This document shows positions 28,348-36,680 of a DNA stretch of 61,208 nucleotides, in pieces. This DNA comes from a virus (taxonomy: Duplodnaviria > Caudoviricetes). The translations under genes and the position numbers were made by a program. Numbering within the stretch: position 1 is the first letter of the stretch; each line of letters begins with the position of its first letter. The notes beneath the pieces are model-generated. The model searched no databases, was not told where the DNA came from, and saw only the letters and a program-made list of their open reading frames with translations. The stretch is taken from the IMG/VR virus record IMGVR_UViG_3300010330_000002, positions 1 to 61,208 of that record; one strand, given 5' to 3'.

Positions 28348-28375
28348 TTGACTTTAATATAATGTGTGTTATATT
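28348..28375 (+). promoter_or_regulatory. Sigma70-type promoter
   Basis: TTGACT-16-TATATT upstream of an AAGGAGG RBS. Confidence 0.65.
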
Positions 28376-28403
28376 ATTGTTAAAAAATAAAAAGGAGGTA
28401 CTG

Positions 28404-28823
28404 ATGGAAAAGTACAAAAAGAAACCAGTAATAGTAAAAGCGGAAAAGTGGGTAGGGGAGTTTACGCCCGAACTTTTGGAAGCATTGAAAGCGAGGGACC
28501 GTCGGTTTGCTAAAGCTGATAATGGAGATTTGATAATCTCGACTTCGGGAGGCACTATGCGAGCAACTAAAGGTGATTATATTGTTTTTGGTGTCAATGG
28601 CGAGCTTTATCCCTGCAAGCCTGATATTTTTATGAAAATCTATGAGAGAATTGACGAGCCGCCCGAAAGTTGGAGAGTGGCTATTGTTCTAAGGAAAGAC
28701 TCGAATGAGTGTGGTTTCAGATACCGCATTTTGAGACCTCAGTATTACAGTAAAAAGTATTATTGTAGTAAGCTCAGCAGCATTCAGGAATGCACATATG
28801 AGAATTGTCCATTTAAGTTATAA
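28404..28823 (+). CDS. Widespread phage protein (KKKPV..GDYI..YPCKPDIF family)
   Basis: Characteristic motif; AAGGAGG RBS. Confidence 0.8.
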   Translation: MEKYKKKPVIVKAEKWVGEFTPELLEALKARDRRFAKADNGDLIISTSGGTMRATKGDYIVFGVNGELYPCKPDIFMKIYERIDEPPESWRVAIVLRKDSNECGFRYRILRPQYYSKKYYCSKLSSIQECTYENCPFKL

Positions 28824-28849
28824 AATGCAAGATGAAAGGAGGTGTTTAG

Positions 28850-29152
28850 GTGAGAGAATTGGAAAATAAAGCACTAATTAAAAGAAAGGAGAAAGAAATG
28901 GCATGGTTATGTCTCAAACCAATGAAAGAGTTTTTGATAGGTAAGACCATCAAAGAGGTTAACACTGATAAATGGCCTGAAGCAGTCCTCGTTTTTACCG
29001 ATAACACGGCCATAGAGTTGAAACCCTGTATTGATATTAAAAATTCGCTTGTTCCTACAGAAGGAAGTATACGTATATCTCCGTACATTGTGGCGACACT
29101 GTTAAAGCTGGAAAATGGGAAGCCTAAAATTATCCAACTAAAAATAGATTGA
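28850..29152 (+). CDS. Hypothetical protein
   Basis: RBS plus ORF. Confidence 0.65.
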   Translation: MRELENKALIKRKEKEMAWLCLKPMKEFLIGKTIKEVNTDKWPEAVLVFTDNTAIELKPCIDIKNSLVPTEGSIRISPYIVATLLKLENGKPKIIQLKID

Positions 29153-29266
29153 AAAGAAAGGATGTGCTATGAGAGGAAAGAAAGCAAAAGAGTTGAGGAG
29201 GAAAGTATATGGGGATTTTTCTATTAGGGAGAAGATGTATAAGGTGGCCCCAGGGGGGCAGAGAGT

Positions 29267-29467
29267 ATGTGTAGGTCGCAGAGGGGAATATTTGAAGGCG
29301 AAAAAATTTATGTACGCTGCCCGAAGAGAGGGGACAAAGGACTGATACCAATTGGAGCATGTAAATCATGCTCTATATATAATAGGTATGTCGCCGCCCT
29401 CGAAACCAATGGAATTGAATTAGAAATGGAGGTAGAAACATGGAAGTGCGGTTCAAAGTCTTCGTAA
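29267..29467 (+). CDS. Small Cys-rich hypothetical protein
   Basis: CP..CxxC. Confidence 0.5.
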   Translation: MCRSQRGIFEGEKIYVRCPKRGDKGLIPIGACKSCSIYNRYVAALETNGIELEMEVETWKCGSKSS

Positions 29468-29667
29468 AGGAAGAAGAATATGGGCACAGTTTAATGATAG
29501 GAGAATACAGTACGTGCCCTACTTGTAATCATAGAAGTTTGAGGAGGCATGTAAGGATAAACCTTCCTGCTATTGAAGTTACGAAACAAGATTTACTGGA
29601 AAAGTTTGAAACTGTAGTAAAGTTTTTGAATATGAAGGAGAGTAAAGATGGAAATAGTTCATGTTGA
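29440..29667 (+). CDS. Small hypothetical protein (CxxC)
   Basis: GGAGG RBS. Confidence 0.6.
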   Translation: MEVRFKVFVKEEEYGHSLMIGEYSTCPTCNHRSLRRHVRINLPAIEVTKQDLLEKFETVVKFLNMKESKDGNSSC

Positions 29668-29842
29668 TTTGCAAGAAGCCACGGAAAGGTATCAGAACGA
29701 TGTGGAATTTCATTATATGGTAAGCGCCATTGCTAAAAGTATGTTGTCTGGGAGGATGACGCCCCAGGACATACTTGCTGGGTTTTTATTGGCTGTTCAG
29801 TTGGTAGGCACGCTAAAGGAAAAAGACCCTATAAATAATTAG
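29648..29842 (+). CDS. Hypothetical protein
   Basis: AAGGAG RBS. Confidence 0.6.
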   Translation: MEIVHVDLQEATERYQNDVEFHYMVSAIAKSMLSGRMTPQDILAGFLLAVQLVGTLKEKDPINN

Positions 29843-29850
29843 GAGGGGGT

Positions 29851-30120
29851 ATGTTTTTTGTTATATCTTTTGGTTTATTGTTTATATCTGTTTATTTCTT
29901 AATAAGAAGTGAGATAGTTTTTATGATAAAAACTCGTGCGTTGATTATGGCTGGCTCGTTGGCTAGACAGGCTATTGACTGTGGAGATCTTAATTGGGCT
30001 AGATATTATCGTATGTATGATGAGAAATCATATATCCGACTTTTATTTGGTTTTTGTTGGACGGTTAAACAAGCTTATCCCCAATTATATAAGGAGTATG
30101 GGGTGCTGCTACATGGATAG
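29851..30120 (+). CDS. Putative membrane protein
   Basis: N-terminal hydrophobic helix; GGAGG RBS. Confidence 0.65.
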   Translation: MFFVISFGLLFISVYFLIRSEIVFMIKTRALIMAGSLARQAIDCGDLNWARYYRMYDEKSYIRLLFGFCWTVKQAYPQLYKEYGVLLHG

Positions 30121-30141
30121 TAAGATAGTAAAGAAGGGCAA

Positions 30142-30333
30142 TTGGGTATGAAAACATCAGTGAAAGTCAAACATAATGATGAAGACGTTGAATTTGAAGT
30201 TATTGCTGATACTGAAAAGATTAAAATCGTCTTTCCAGACAAGGAAACTCCAATTTACCTCCAAGATGGAGACAGATTGGACGTTTTATTAACAAGAGAT
30301 CGAAGGAGTAAGGAAGAAATAGCTGAGCAGTAA
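30142..30333 (+). CDS. Hypothetical protein
   Basis: ORF in operon. Confidence 0.55.
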   Translation: MGMKTSVKVKHNDEDVEFEVIADTEKIKIVFPDKETPIYLQDGDRLDVLLTRDRRSKEEIAEQ

Positions 30334-30350
30334 AAAAGGAGAGATAAGTT

Positions 30351-31220
30351 ATGAAATGTTTTTACCATTCAAGTGATTTAGACGGTCATTGTTCAGGCGC
30401 AATCGTTAAATTTCATTACCCTGAGTGCGAAATGTGGCCTATTGACTACGGGGCTAGATTTCCTATAGACAAGATCAAAGAAGGTGGAACGGTTTATATG
30501 GTGGATTTTACTTTACAGCCTTTTGACCAAATGGTTGAGCTAGCTGAGAAATGTAAGCTCATCTGGATTGACCACCACAAGACCGCTTTGGAAGAAGCAG
30601 AGAAGAGAGGTTTTGTTGTACGTGGCCTGAGGCGTATAGGTATAGGGGCATGCTCTTTGACTTGGGAATTTATAAATTCACATTTGCCTATACCTAAACC
30701 TGTAAAACTTCTTGCCAAATACGATGTTTGGGACCATAGCGATCCTGACACCTTGCCTTTCCAGTACGGCATGAGACTGAGAGAGACCGATCCTGCCACA
30801 GAAGAAGGGATGAAGTTGTGGGGGCAATTGTTTAGCAGTTCGTTTTTCGCTTTTGACAAGATTTTGGAGGAAGGCAAGGTTATTCTCAAATACCAAAAAC
30901 AGATAGACACCAAATATTGCGCTAGGCATGCTTACCCTGCTGTTTTTGAGGGCTACAAAGCCCTTGTGCTGAACAGAGGCATTGTCAATAGCATGACGTT
31001 TGAAAATGCCCCAGGCGCAAAAGATGCGGACATTTTTGTAACCTATGTATTCAGTGGTAAAAATTGGATAGTTTCTTTGTATGCCAATAAACCTGACATA
31101 GATGTTAGCAGAATAGCCAAGAAGTACGGCGGTGGTGGTCATAAGGGAGCAGCAGGTTTCACCTGTTTGGATAAACAATTTCCACCTGAATTGAAAGGAG
31201 AGAATAGTCATGGCAATTGA
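30351..31220 (+). CDS. DHH/DHHA1 phosphoesterase (NrnB-like nano-RNase family)
   Basis: YH..DLDG, VDF, WIDHH, GGGGHKGAAGF. Confidence 0.9.
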   Translation: MKCFYHSSDLDGHCSGAIVKFHYPECEMWPIDYGARFPIDKIKEGGTVYMVDFTLQPFDQMVELAEKCKLIWIDHHKTALEEAEKRGFVVRGLRRIGIGACSLTWEFINSHLPIPKPVKLLAKYDVWDHSDPDTLPFQYGMRLRETDPATEEGMKLWGQLFSSSFFAFDKILEEGKVILKYQKQIDTKYCARHAYPAVFEGYKALVLNRGIVNSMTFENAPGAKDADIFVTYVFSGKNWIVSLYANKPDIDVSRIAKKYGGGGHKGAAGFTCLDKQFPPELKGENSHGN

Positions 31221-31476
31221 TTTAAGACCAGAGGTTAAGTGGTTTGCGGAAGTAATGGAATCCAAGCTGCGTAAATATGACAATGAAAAAGGCATTAGTG
31301 GATGGAAAGAGGAGTCTCGTTTGTGGTTGTACGCCCGCTTGGTTCAAGAGCTACTCGAACTACATGAAGCTCTTACTGAAGAGATTCCACTGGAAGAAAA
31401 TATACTAGAAGAATGTGCGGATGTAGCAAATGTGGCAATGATGATTGCTGATAAAGGAAGAGAAAAGGAGGAATGA
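31210..31476 (+). CDS. MazG-like all-alpha NTP pyrophosphohydrolase
   Basis: ELLELHEAL...EECADVANVAMMI. Confidence 0.75.
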   Translation: MAIDLRPEVKWFAEVMESKLRKYDNEKGISGWKEESRLWLYARLVQELLELHEALTEEIPLEENILEECADVANVAMMIADKGREKEE

Positions 31477-32036
31477 TGGATTTATACAAAGAAAGAGCTG
31501 CACTTAAATCTCTTCTAACTAATTGTATATTTAGATTTGACGGAATTAAGCTGTCATCAGGGAAGACCAGCCGCTATTATGTAGATGTTAGGGCGGTAAC
31601 CACACTTCCTGAAGGTGCAAAGTTGGCAGCTAAAATTATGGGAAAAATGATTGGTCCTGTTGATGCTGTGGGCGGGCCAATACTTGGGGCAGTTCCTATT
31701 TTGGGAGCGCTCGCAGCTTTAGAAAACTATCGTACTTTTATAGTTAGAAAAGAACCTAAAAAACATGGGCTTGGTAAATGGATTGAAGGATGTCTTGGAA
31801 AGAAAGTAGCAATTATTGATGATGTTGCAACTACAGGGCGTTCTTTAATAAGGGCAATCCAAATAATTAATGACCTGTCTCCTTGGACAGAAATAACTAA
31901 AGTCGTAGTTCTTGTTGATCGTCAAGAAGGAGCGCAAAAGAAACTTGCTAAACATGGCTATCAGTTAATGAGTGTTTTCCAGATGGACGAGCTTTTAAAA
32001 GTGAAAACGTTTTCACTGGAGGAAAGGAGTAAATAA
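31473..32036 (+). CDS. pyrE: Orotate phosphoribosyltransferase
   Basis: LSSGKTSRYYVD, VRKEPKKHG, IIDDVATTGRS, VLVDRQEG. Confidence 0.88.
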   Translation: MMDLYKERAALKSLLTNCIFRFDGIKLSSGKTSRYYVDVRAVTTLPEGAKLAAKIMGKMIGPVDAVGGPILGAVPILGALAALENYRTFIVRKEPKKHGLGKWIEGCLGKKVAIIDDVATTGRSLIRAIQIINDLSPWTEITKVVVLVDRQEGAQKKLAKHGYQLMSVFQMDELLKVKTFSLEERSK

Positions 32037-32389
32037 TGCCTGAATTAAAAAAGATAGTTTTATCTACTGGGAAACTTGAGGCTACGTTTGATGATATAGA
32101 AAAAATAGATCGTAGGATGGGAATTTTGCGCATTGATTATTCTCTTTATGCAAAGGGCGCCGCTGTTATTGGAGAAATCTTTCATAAACTAAAGATAGTA
32201 CCTATTCAGGTCAATACTAATTTGGCTACGAATGAAGTCTTTGTTTATTTCATTTGTCCTCATTTAAGTGTCGTTCCTTTGGGAATGCGCCCGCCAATTT
32301 TTGTACTTGAATTTCATAGAGACGATAATGGCATTATAACAGACGTAAAATTAGTAGAAACGGAGGATTACTATGGAACACCGAATTGA
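32036..32389 (+). CDS. Hypothetical protein
   Basis: Coupled ORF. Confidence 0.6.
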   Translation: MPELKKIVLSTGKLEATFDDIEKIDRRMGILRIDYSLYAKGAAVIGEIFHKLKIVPIQVNTNLATNEVFVYFICPHLSVVPLGMRPPIFVLEFHRDDNGIITDVKLVETEDYYGTPN

Positions 32390-32768
32390 AATAGTAATGG
32401 ATATTGAAGGAAATGCAGTAACAGTTAGGCCGTCACCAGGACTGCCTGGGCATTCTTTGTTCTATAAAGGTCTTGGGAAAATGGCATTGATTCATGCTAA
32501 AAAGAATTTAGATTATGGAGATGGAGACCCTTTAGGTAATTTCAAATTTTCTGAGGAAGTGACTGGGGTTCCTGCTTGGAAAGGCGCTTTGGTTCGACTT
32601 ACGGACAAGTGGGGGCGAATTAAATCCCTTGTCAAGCGGGGCAAGGCTTATGTAACTGATGAAAGCTTAGAAGATACTCTACTCGACAATGCAGTTTATA
32701 GTTTATTGATTCTTGCTTTGTACGGGGAGGATTCTGTTGAAGACGGATATTCTAAAGTTTGCGAATGA
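32373..32768 (+). CDS. Nucleotide-modification-associated domain 1 (Nmad1/DUF1599)-like protein
   Basis: KKNLDYG..PLGNF..VRLTDKWGRI..ESLEDTLLDNAVY. Confidence 0.78.
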   Translation: MEHRIEIVMDIEGNAVTVRPSPGLPGHSLFYKGLGKMALIHAKKNLDYGDGDPLGNFKFSEEVTGVPAWKGALVRLTDKWGRIKSLVKRGKAYVTDESLEDTLLDNAVYSLLILALYGEDSVEDGYSKVCE

Positions 32769-32982
32769 AATGGAACGAGTGTTTTACCAGAATAATGATT
32801 GGGGTTATATAGATCGCTCTGATTTATTACTTCGATTAAAAATCGAGGTAGACAACCTGGTAGAAACTATCATTAGTGGTAATTCAAAGAGGCTTGTTAC
32901 GAATTGTTGTAATATAGCTTTGTATGCCATGTTATTAGCAAAGGAGGATTGGGATGATAGATTGGGAAGGAATGGCGATTAA
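32713..32982 (+). CDS. Degenerate paralog of the MazG-like protein at 31210
   Basis: FANEME..W..LLRL..EV..L..CCNIALYAML versus FAEVME..W..YARL..EL..L..CADVANVAMM. Confidence 0.55.
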   Translation: MLCTGRILLKTDILKFANEMERVFYQNNDWGYIDRSDLLLRLKIEVDNLVETIISGNSKRLVTNCCNIALYAMLLAKEDWDDRLGRNGD

Positions 32983-33313
32983 GCATGGGTTTAATACACC
33001 AAAAGAACTTTTGGAGCATCTTTACTGGGATAAAAAGCTATCAACATTAGAAATAGCAGATAAATTAATTGTGTCAAATACATCAGTCTGGACCGCTCTT
33101 GTAAAGTACGGGATACCCACAAGAAGCCGAGCTAAGATAAGGTCGGGGCCTGGATGCCCCAAATGTTCTATAGGAAATTCAAAAGTGAGACATTCTGTCA
33201 GAACTAAGTCGGGCGTAATCAGGCATAGAATTTGTAACTCTTGCGGGACTAAATTTACAACAAAAGAAGTGGTTATAAACGATGAAGCTGAACTTTCTGG
33301 AACTGATAGTTAA
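32954..33313 (+). CDS. HTH plus C-terminal zinc-ribbon (NrdR/Ogr-like) regulator
   Basis: LSTLEIADKL.VS HTH; CPKC..RHRICNSCG.KFTT.E. Confidence 0.75.
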   Translation: MIDWEGMAIKHGFNTPKELLEHLYWDKKLSTLEIADKLIVSNTSVWTALVKYGIPTRSRAKIRSGPGCPKCSIGNSKVRHSVRTKSGVIRHRICNSCGTKFTTKEVVINDEAELSGTDS

Positions 33314-33464
33314 CGATATATTAGCCGCTGCCAAAGCTAGGGAAAGTAGTGACGAGGTGGCGGCTATTCATGGAGTATGGATGGAAATAGGTAGAATGCT
33401 GGGCAAAGAAATAAGACGCATTAGAGAAAAGGAGCGTACTGATGAATCTCTTAGATCGGATTGA
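33282..33464 (+). CDS. Hypothetical protein
   Basis: Overlapping ORF in operon. Confidence 0.5.
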   Translation: MKLNFLELIVNDILAAAKARESSDEVAAIHGVWMEIGRMLGKEIRRIREKERTDESLRSD

Positions 33465-33774
33465 AGCAATTTGGACTGGCAACAAAAAACTACAGCTACC
33501 TCATCTTGATGCTTTTTTAATAGAAGAAGAGGACAATTGTTCTGTTTCTTTAGAAACAGAGAAGCAGTATAGAATTGGGGTTAGTTATTACTGGTCGGTT
33601 TACTGCCAACCTTCTGAATTAAATCATATGATTAAAAGAGTGAGGGACGAACTTAAACATGTTCTATATTCTGATTTCATAAAAGATTTGTACGAATTGC
33701 GGCGGGCCATTGCTTATGAAAACAAAAAGAAGAGTTTAGATTTGATAGATCAATTGTTTAACAAAATTCAGTGA
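33442..33774 (+). CDS. Hypothetical protein
   Basis: AAGGAG RBS. Confidence 0.65.
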   Translation: MNLLDRIEAIWTGNKKLQLPHLDAFLIEEEDNCSVSLETEKQYRIGVSYYWSVYCQPSELNHMIKRVRDELKHVLYSDFIKDLYELRRAIAYENKKKSLDLIDQLFNKIQ

Positions 33775-33783
33775 GGGATAAAA

Positions 33784-34005
33784 GTGAAAACGTTTTCAGA
33801 AACTAAAATGCCGTTTGGAAAATACAGGGGTATTTCTATAGCGTTAATAAATACAGGTTATTTGTCTTGGTTACTTGGCCAGGATTGGTTTTTGGAGGCT
33901 TATGACGATTTGGCTTCTAATATAGAAAAGGAATTAGTCTGGAGGGACCAATGGAATCTTCATTTTTATAAAGACAAAGTAAAACCTTATGGAGGAAACC
34001 AATGA
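33784..34005 (+). CDS. DUF3820-like small protein
   Basis: MPFGKYRG..I...YL.W. Confidence 0.75.
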   Translation: MKTFSETKMPFGKYRGISIALINTGYLSWLLGQDWFLEAYDDLASNIEKELVWRDQWNLHFYKDKVKPYGGNQ

Positions 34006-34340
34006 AAGTTGATTGGGACGAATTAGCTAAAAAACATGGCTTTGATAATATTAGAGACTTGATAATTGATTTATATTATCGCCAGAGCAAGAGTATACAA
34101 GATTTACATTCTTTATTGGGGGTTAGCCGAGGCTCGTTATATAGTTGCTTAAATCAGCTTAATCTCCCTTCTAAAGGTCGTGCTCTGGCTAGATATGTTG
34201 CTGGGCCTCCGTGCCCTAAGTGCGGAGCCACGAAAGCTAGGATTATCTATTCTAAAGGCTTTAGCTTCGGCCATAGAAGGATCAAGGTCTGTAAAGAGTG
34301 CGGTAACAAGTTTGTCACCATTGAGCGTGTAAAAGAGTAG
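34002..34340 (+). CDS. HTH plus zinc-ribbon regulator, paralog of 32954-33313
   Basis: VDWDELAKKHGF; CPKCG..RRIKVCKECG.KFVT.E. Confidence 0.75.
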   Translation: MKVDWDELAKKHGFDNIRDLIIDLYYRQSKSIQDLHSLLGVSRGSLYSCLNQLNLPSKGRALARYVAGPPCPKCGATKARIIYSKGFSFGHRRIKVCKECGNKFVTIERVKE

Positions 34341-34347
34341 ACATTTA

Positions 34348-34791
34348 TTGTATATTTGGTATAATCCGTGGTACTTAGTTACTCGGAGATTATACCAAAT
34401 GCTAGAAGAAACTTTTTCTCTTATAAAGAAGTTTGAGCCTTTACGGAAGTTTCCAAGCAGAAATAAAATTGGATTGTTAAGAATTGGGTATGATCATCCG
34501 CTTAGCCTTACTCAAAGTGAGGCTAATTTTTTGCTCAAAGAAGACATTTCAGCCATAATTCGTTTTCTCGAACAAGAGAACCTTCCGATTAATCCTGGCC
34601 TTATTTCCCTTATTCATCAAATTGGTATAGTTACATTTAAGAGGTCCAAACTAAGAAAGGCTTTGGAGTCTGGAAATTTTGAGGCTGTCAAAAGCTTTTT
34701 TATGTCTTGGTCTAAAATTGACGGTGTTTCTGACCCAGAATTATATGAAAGGCGGAAAGAGGAGTTACTCTATTTAAGGTTAGAGGAGTAG
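34348..34791 (+). CDS. GH24 lysozyme-like protein with degenerate catalytic motif (likely start 34399)
   Basis: LIKKFE..IGYDH..W...G....L..RR.EE. Confidence 0.7.
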   Translation: MYIWYNPWYLVTRRLYQMLEETFSLIKKFEPLRKFPSRNKIGLLRIGYDHPLSLTQSEANFLLKEDISAIIRFLEQENLPINPGLISLIHQIGIVTFKRSKLRKALESGNFEAVKSFFMSWSKIDGVSDPELYERRKEELLYLRLEE

Positions 34792-36669
34792 TTGGTGAAA
34801 GTACAAAAAGTTTATAACTTTGATGACGTGCCAACTGTCCGAAAGTTCTATCTATCTGACAAGAAAATACGTGCCATAATAGGGCCTTATGGTTCTGGCA
34901 AATCTAGCGGGTGTGTTATTACTTTATTGAAGGTTGCTTCCGAGCAACAACCTGACCCCGAAGGGGTTCGTTACACACGATTTGTTATAATAAGAAATTG
35001 TTATTCGGACGATACCGAAATTTTGACTGAACAACGGGGATGGGTCTTATTTAAAGACCTTCTTTCAGAGGACAAGGTTGCTCAATATAATCCTTCAACA
35101 GATAGATTAGAATTTGTTTATCCTATTTATTATTATTGCGCTCCTTATGAAGGAAGAATGATCGGTGTTCGTTCTGATGAGATTGATTTTCTTGTAACTC
35201 CAGATCATAAATTGTTTGTTCGCACAAAAGATGCAGAAAATTATAGTTTAGTATTTGCAAAAGATTGTTTTGGCACTTTTACACGATTTATGTGCTCTCC
35301 AGAAAAAGAAGTAGCAATAAATCCTTCTCAATGGCGTGCGCAGTTTTATAAAGGTTTTGTATATTGTGTAGAAGTTCCGAGTCACGTTGTTCTGGTTCGG
35401 AGAAATGGAAAACCAGTATTATGTTCTCAAACTTATAGACAACTGAAGGACACTACTAAGAAAACTATAGATGAATGGTTGTCGTTCGCAGAGTGGAAAG
35501 AGTCCGAGCATTCTTACACCATTCATGTCCAAAAGGAAGACGGGACTATAATCCATTCTGAGTGGTTGCTTAGAGCCTTAGATCGTCCTGAGCACATTGC
35601 TAATTTGCTGTCTTTAGAGGTTACTGCTGGGTGGATAAACGAGGCACGAGAGATACCCAAAGAAATATTTGATAATTTAGAGTCCAGGCTGAGATACCCT
35701 CCTACTATTCGTGATTCTGAAGGCAATGTTATTTATGGCCCTACTTGGTCTGGTATTTTATTGGATACCAACCCGCCTGATACTGATCATTGGTTTTATA
35801 AATACTTTGAAGAGGATAGACCAGAAAAGGCGGAAATATTCCACCAACCGTCTGGGTTATCTCCTGAAGCTGAAAATATTAATAATTTGCCTCAGAATTA
35901 TTATGAAGACTTGGTAACAGGTAAAGACCCCGAATGGATTGATATTTATGTGCATGGCAAATATGGGTCCCTGAGAGAAGGGATGCCCGTTTTTACGCTG
36001 TACAATGACAAAGTTCATTGTGCTAAAGAGCCGTTGGCCCCGCTTCCAGGTATGAATACTTTAATAATAGGTATGGATTTTGGGCTTACTCCTGCTGCTG
36101 TTATTACCCAACAACCCCCAGGCAGGCTATTGGTTCTTGATGAAGTGGTTGTGTTTGAGCCGATTGATATTGGCGAGTTTACTAGAATGTTCCTATTGCC
36201 TTTCCTTTCCTCTGAGAAATACAAATTTAAGCATTATATTATAATAGGTGACCCTGCGGGGCGAGGGACATCCCAAACAGACGGACGTACTTGCTTTCAG
36301 GTACTTAATCAATTAGGGATACGAGCATATCCTGCGTTTTCCAATTCTATCCAGTTAAGAATCAATGCAGTAAACCAATATCTATCTCGTATTGACCCTT
36401 CTTCTGGGGAGGAAGCTCGGCCTGCGTTTTTGCTATCTCCTACTTGTATTACTTTAAGAAAAGCCTTGAAGACAAAGTATAAATTGAAGAAAATAAGCAT
36501 AGGCGGGGAGCGGTATGCTACTGCGCCTGTTAAAGATAAATACTCCCATGTGGCGGATGCTCTTCAATATGCGGCGTTGGGCCATACAATTAATAGTATA
36601 AATACTAGAACAGATTTGCCAGTCAGGGATTCGTCTCCTACAAGACTGGCTGGAACGGGTTATTACTAA
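34792..36669 (+). CDS. terL: Terminase large subunit (intein-containing)
   Basis: GPYGSGKSS, WINEARE, DTNPP, GMDFGLTP, SHVADALQY. Confidence 0.95.
   Translation: MVKVQKVYNFDDVPTVRKFYLSDKKIRAIIGPYGSGKSSGCVITLLKVASEQQPDPEGVRYTRFVIIRNCYSDDTEILTEQRGWVLFKDLLSEDKVAQYNPSTDRLEFVYPIYYYCAPYEGRMIGVRSDEIDFLVTPDHKLFVRTKDAENYSLVFAKDCFGTFTRFMCSPEKEVAINPSQWRAQFYKGFVYCVEVPSHVVLVRRNGKPVLCSQTYRQLKDTTKKTIDEWLSFAEWKESEHSYTIHVQKEDGTIIHSEWLLRALDRPEHIANLLSLEVTAGWINEAREIPKEIFDNLESRLRYPPTIRDSEGNVIYGPTWSGILLDTNPPDTDHWFYKYFEEDRPEKAEIFHQPSGLSPEAENINNLPQNYYEDLVTGKDPEWIDIYVHGKYGSLREGMPVFTLYNDKVHCAKEPLAPLPGMNTLIIGMDFGLTPAAVITQQPPGRLLVLDEVVVFEPIDIGEFTRMFLLPFLSSEKYKFKHYIIIGDPAGRGTSQTDGRTCFQVLNQLGIRAYPAFSNSIQLRINAVNQYLSRIDPSSGEEARPAFLLSPTCITLRKALKTKYKLKKISIGGERYATAPVKDKYSHVADALQYAALGHTINSINTRTDLPVRDSSPTRLAGTGYY
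34999..35430 (+). mobile_element. Mini-intein (144 aa) in TerL, ending in Ser-Gln
   Basis: CYSDDTEILT...VTPDHK...VYCVEV...CSQ/T; removal restores IIRN-TYRQL. Confidence 0.9.
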
Positions 36670-36680
36670 GGAGTTAAATA

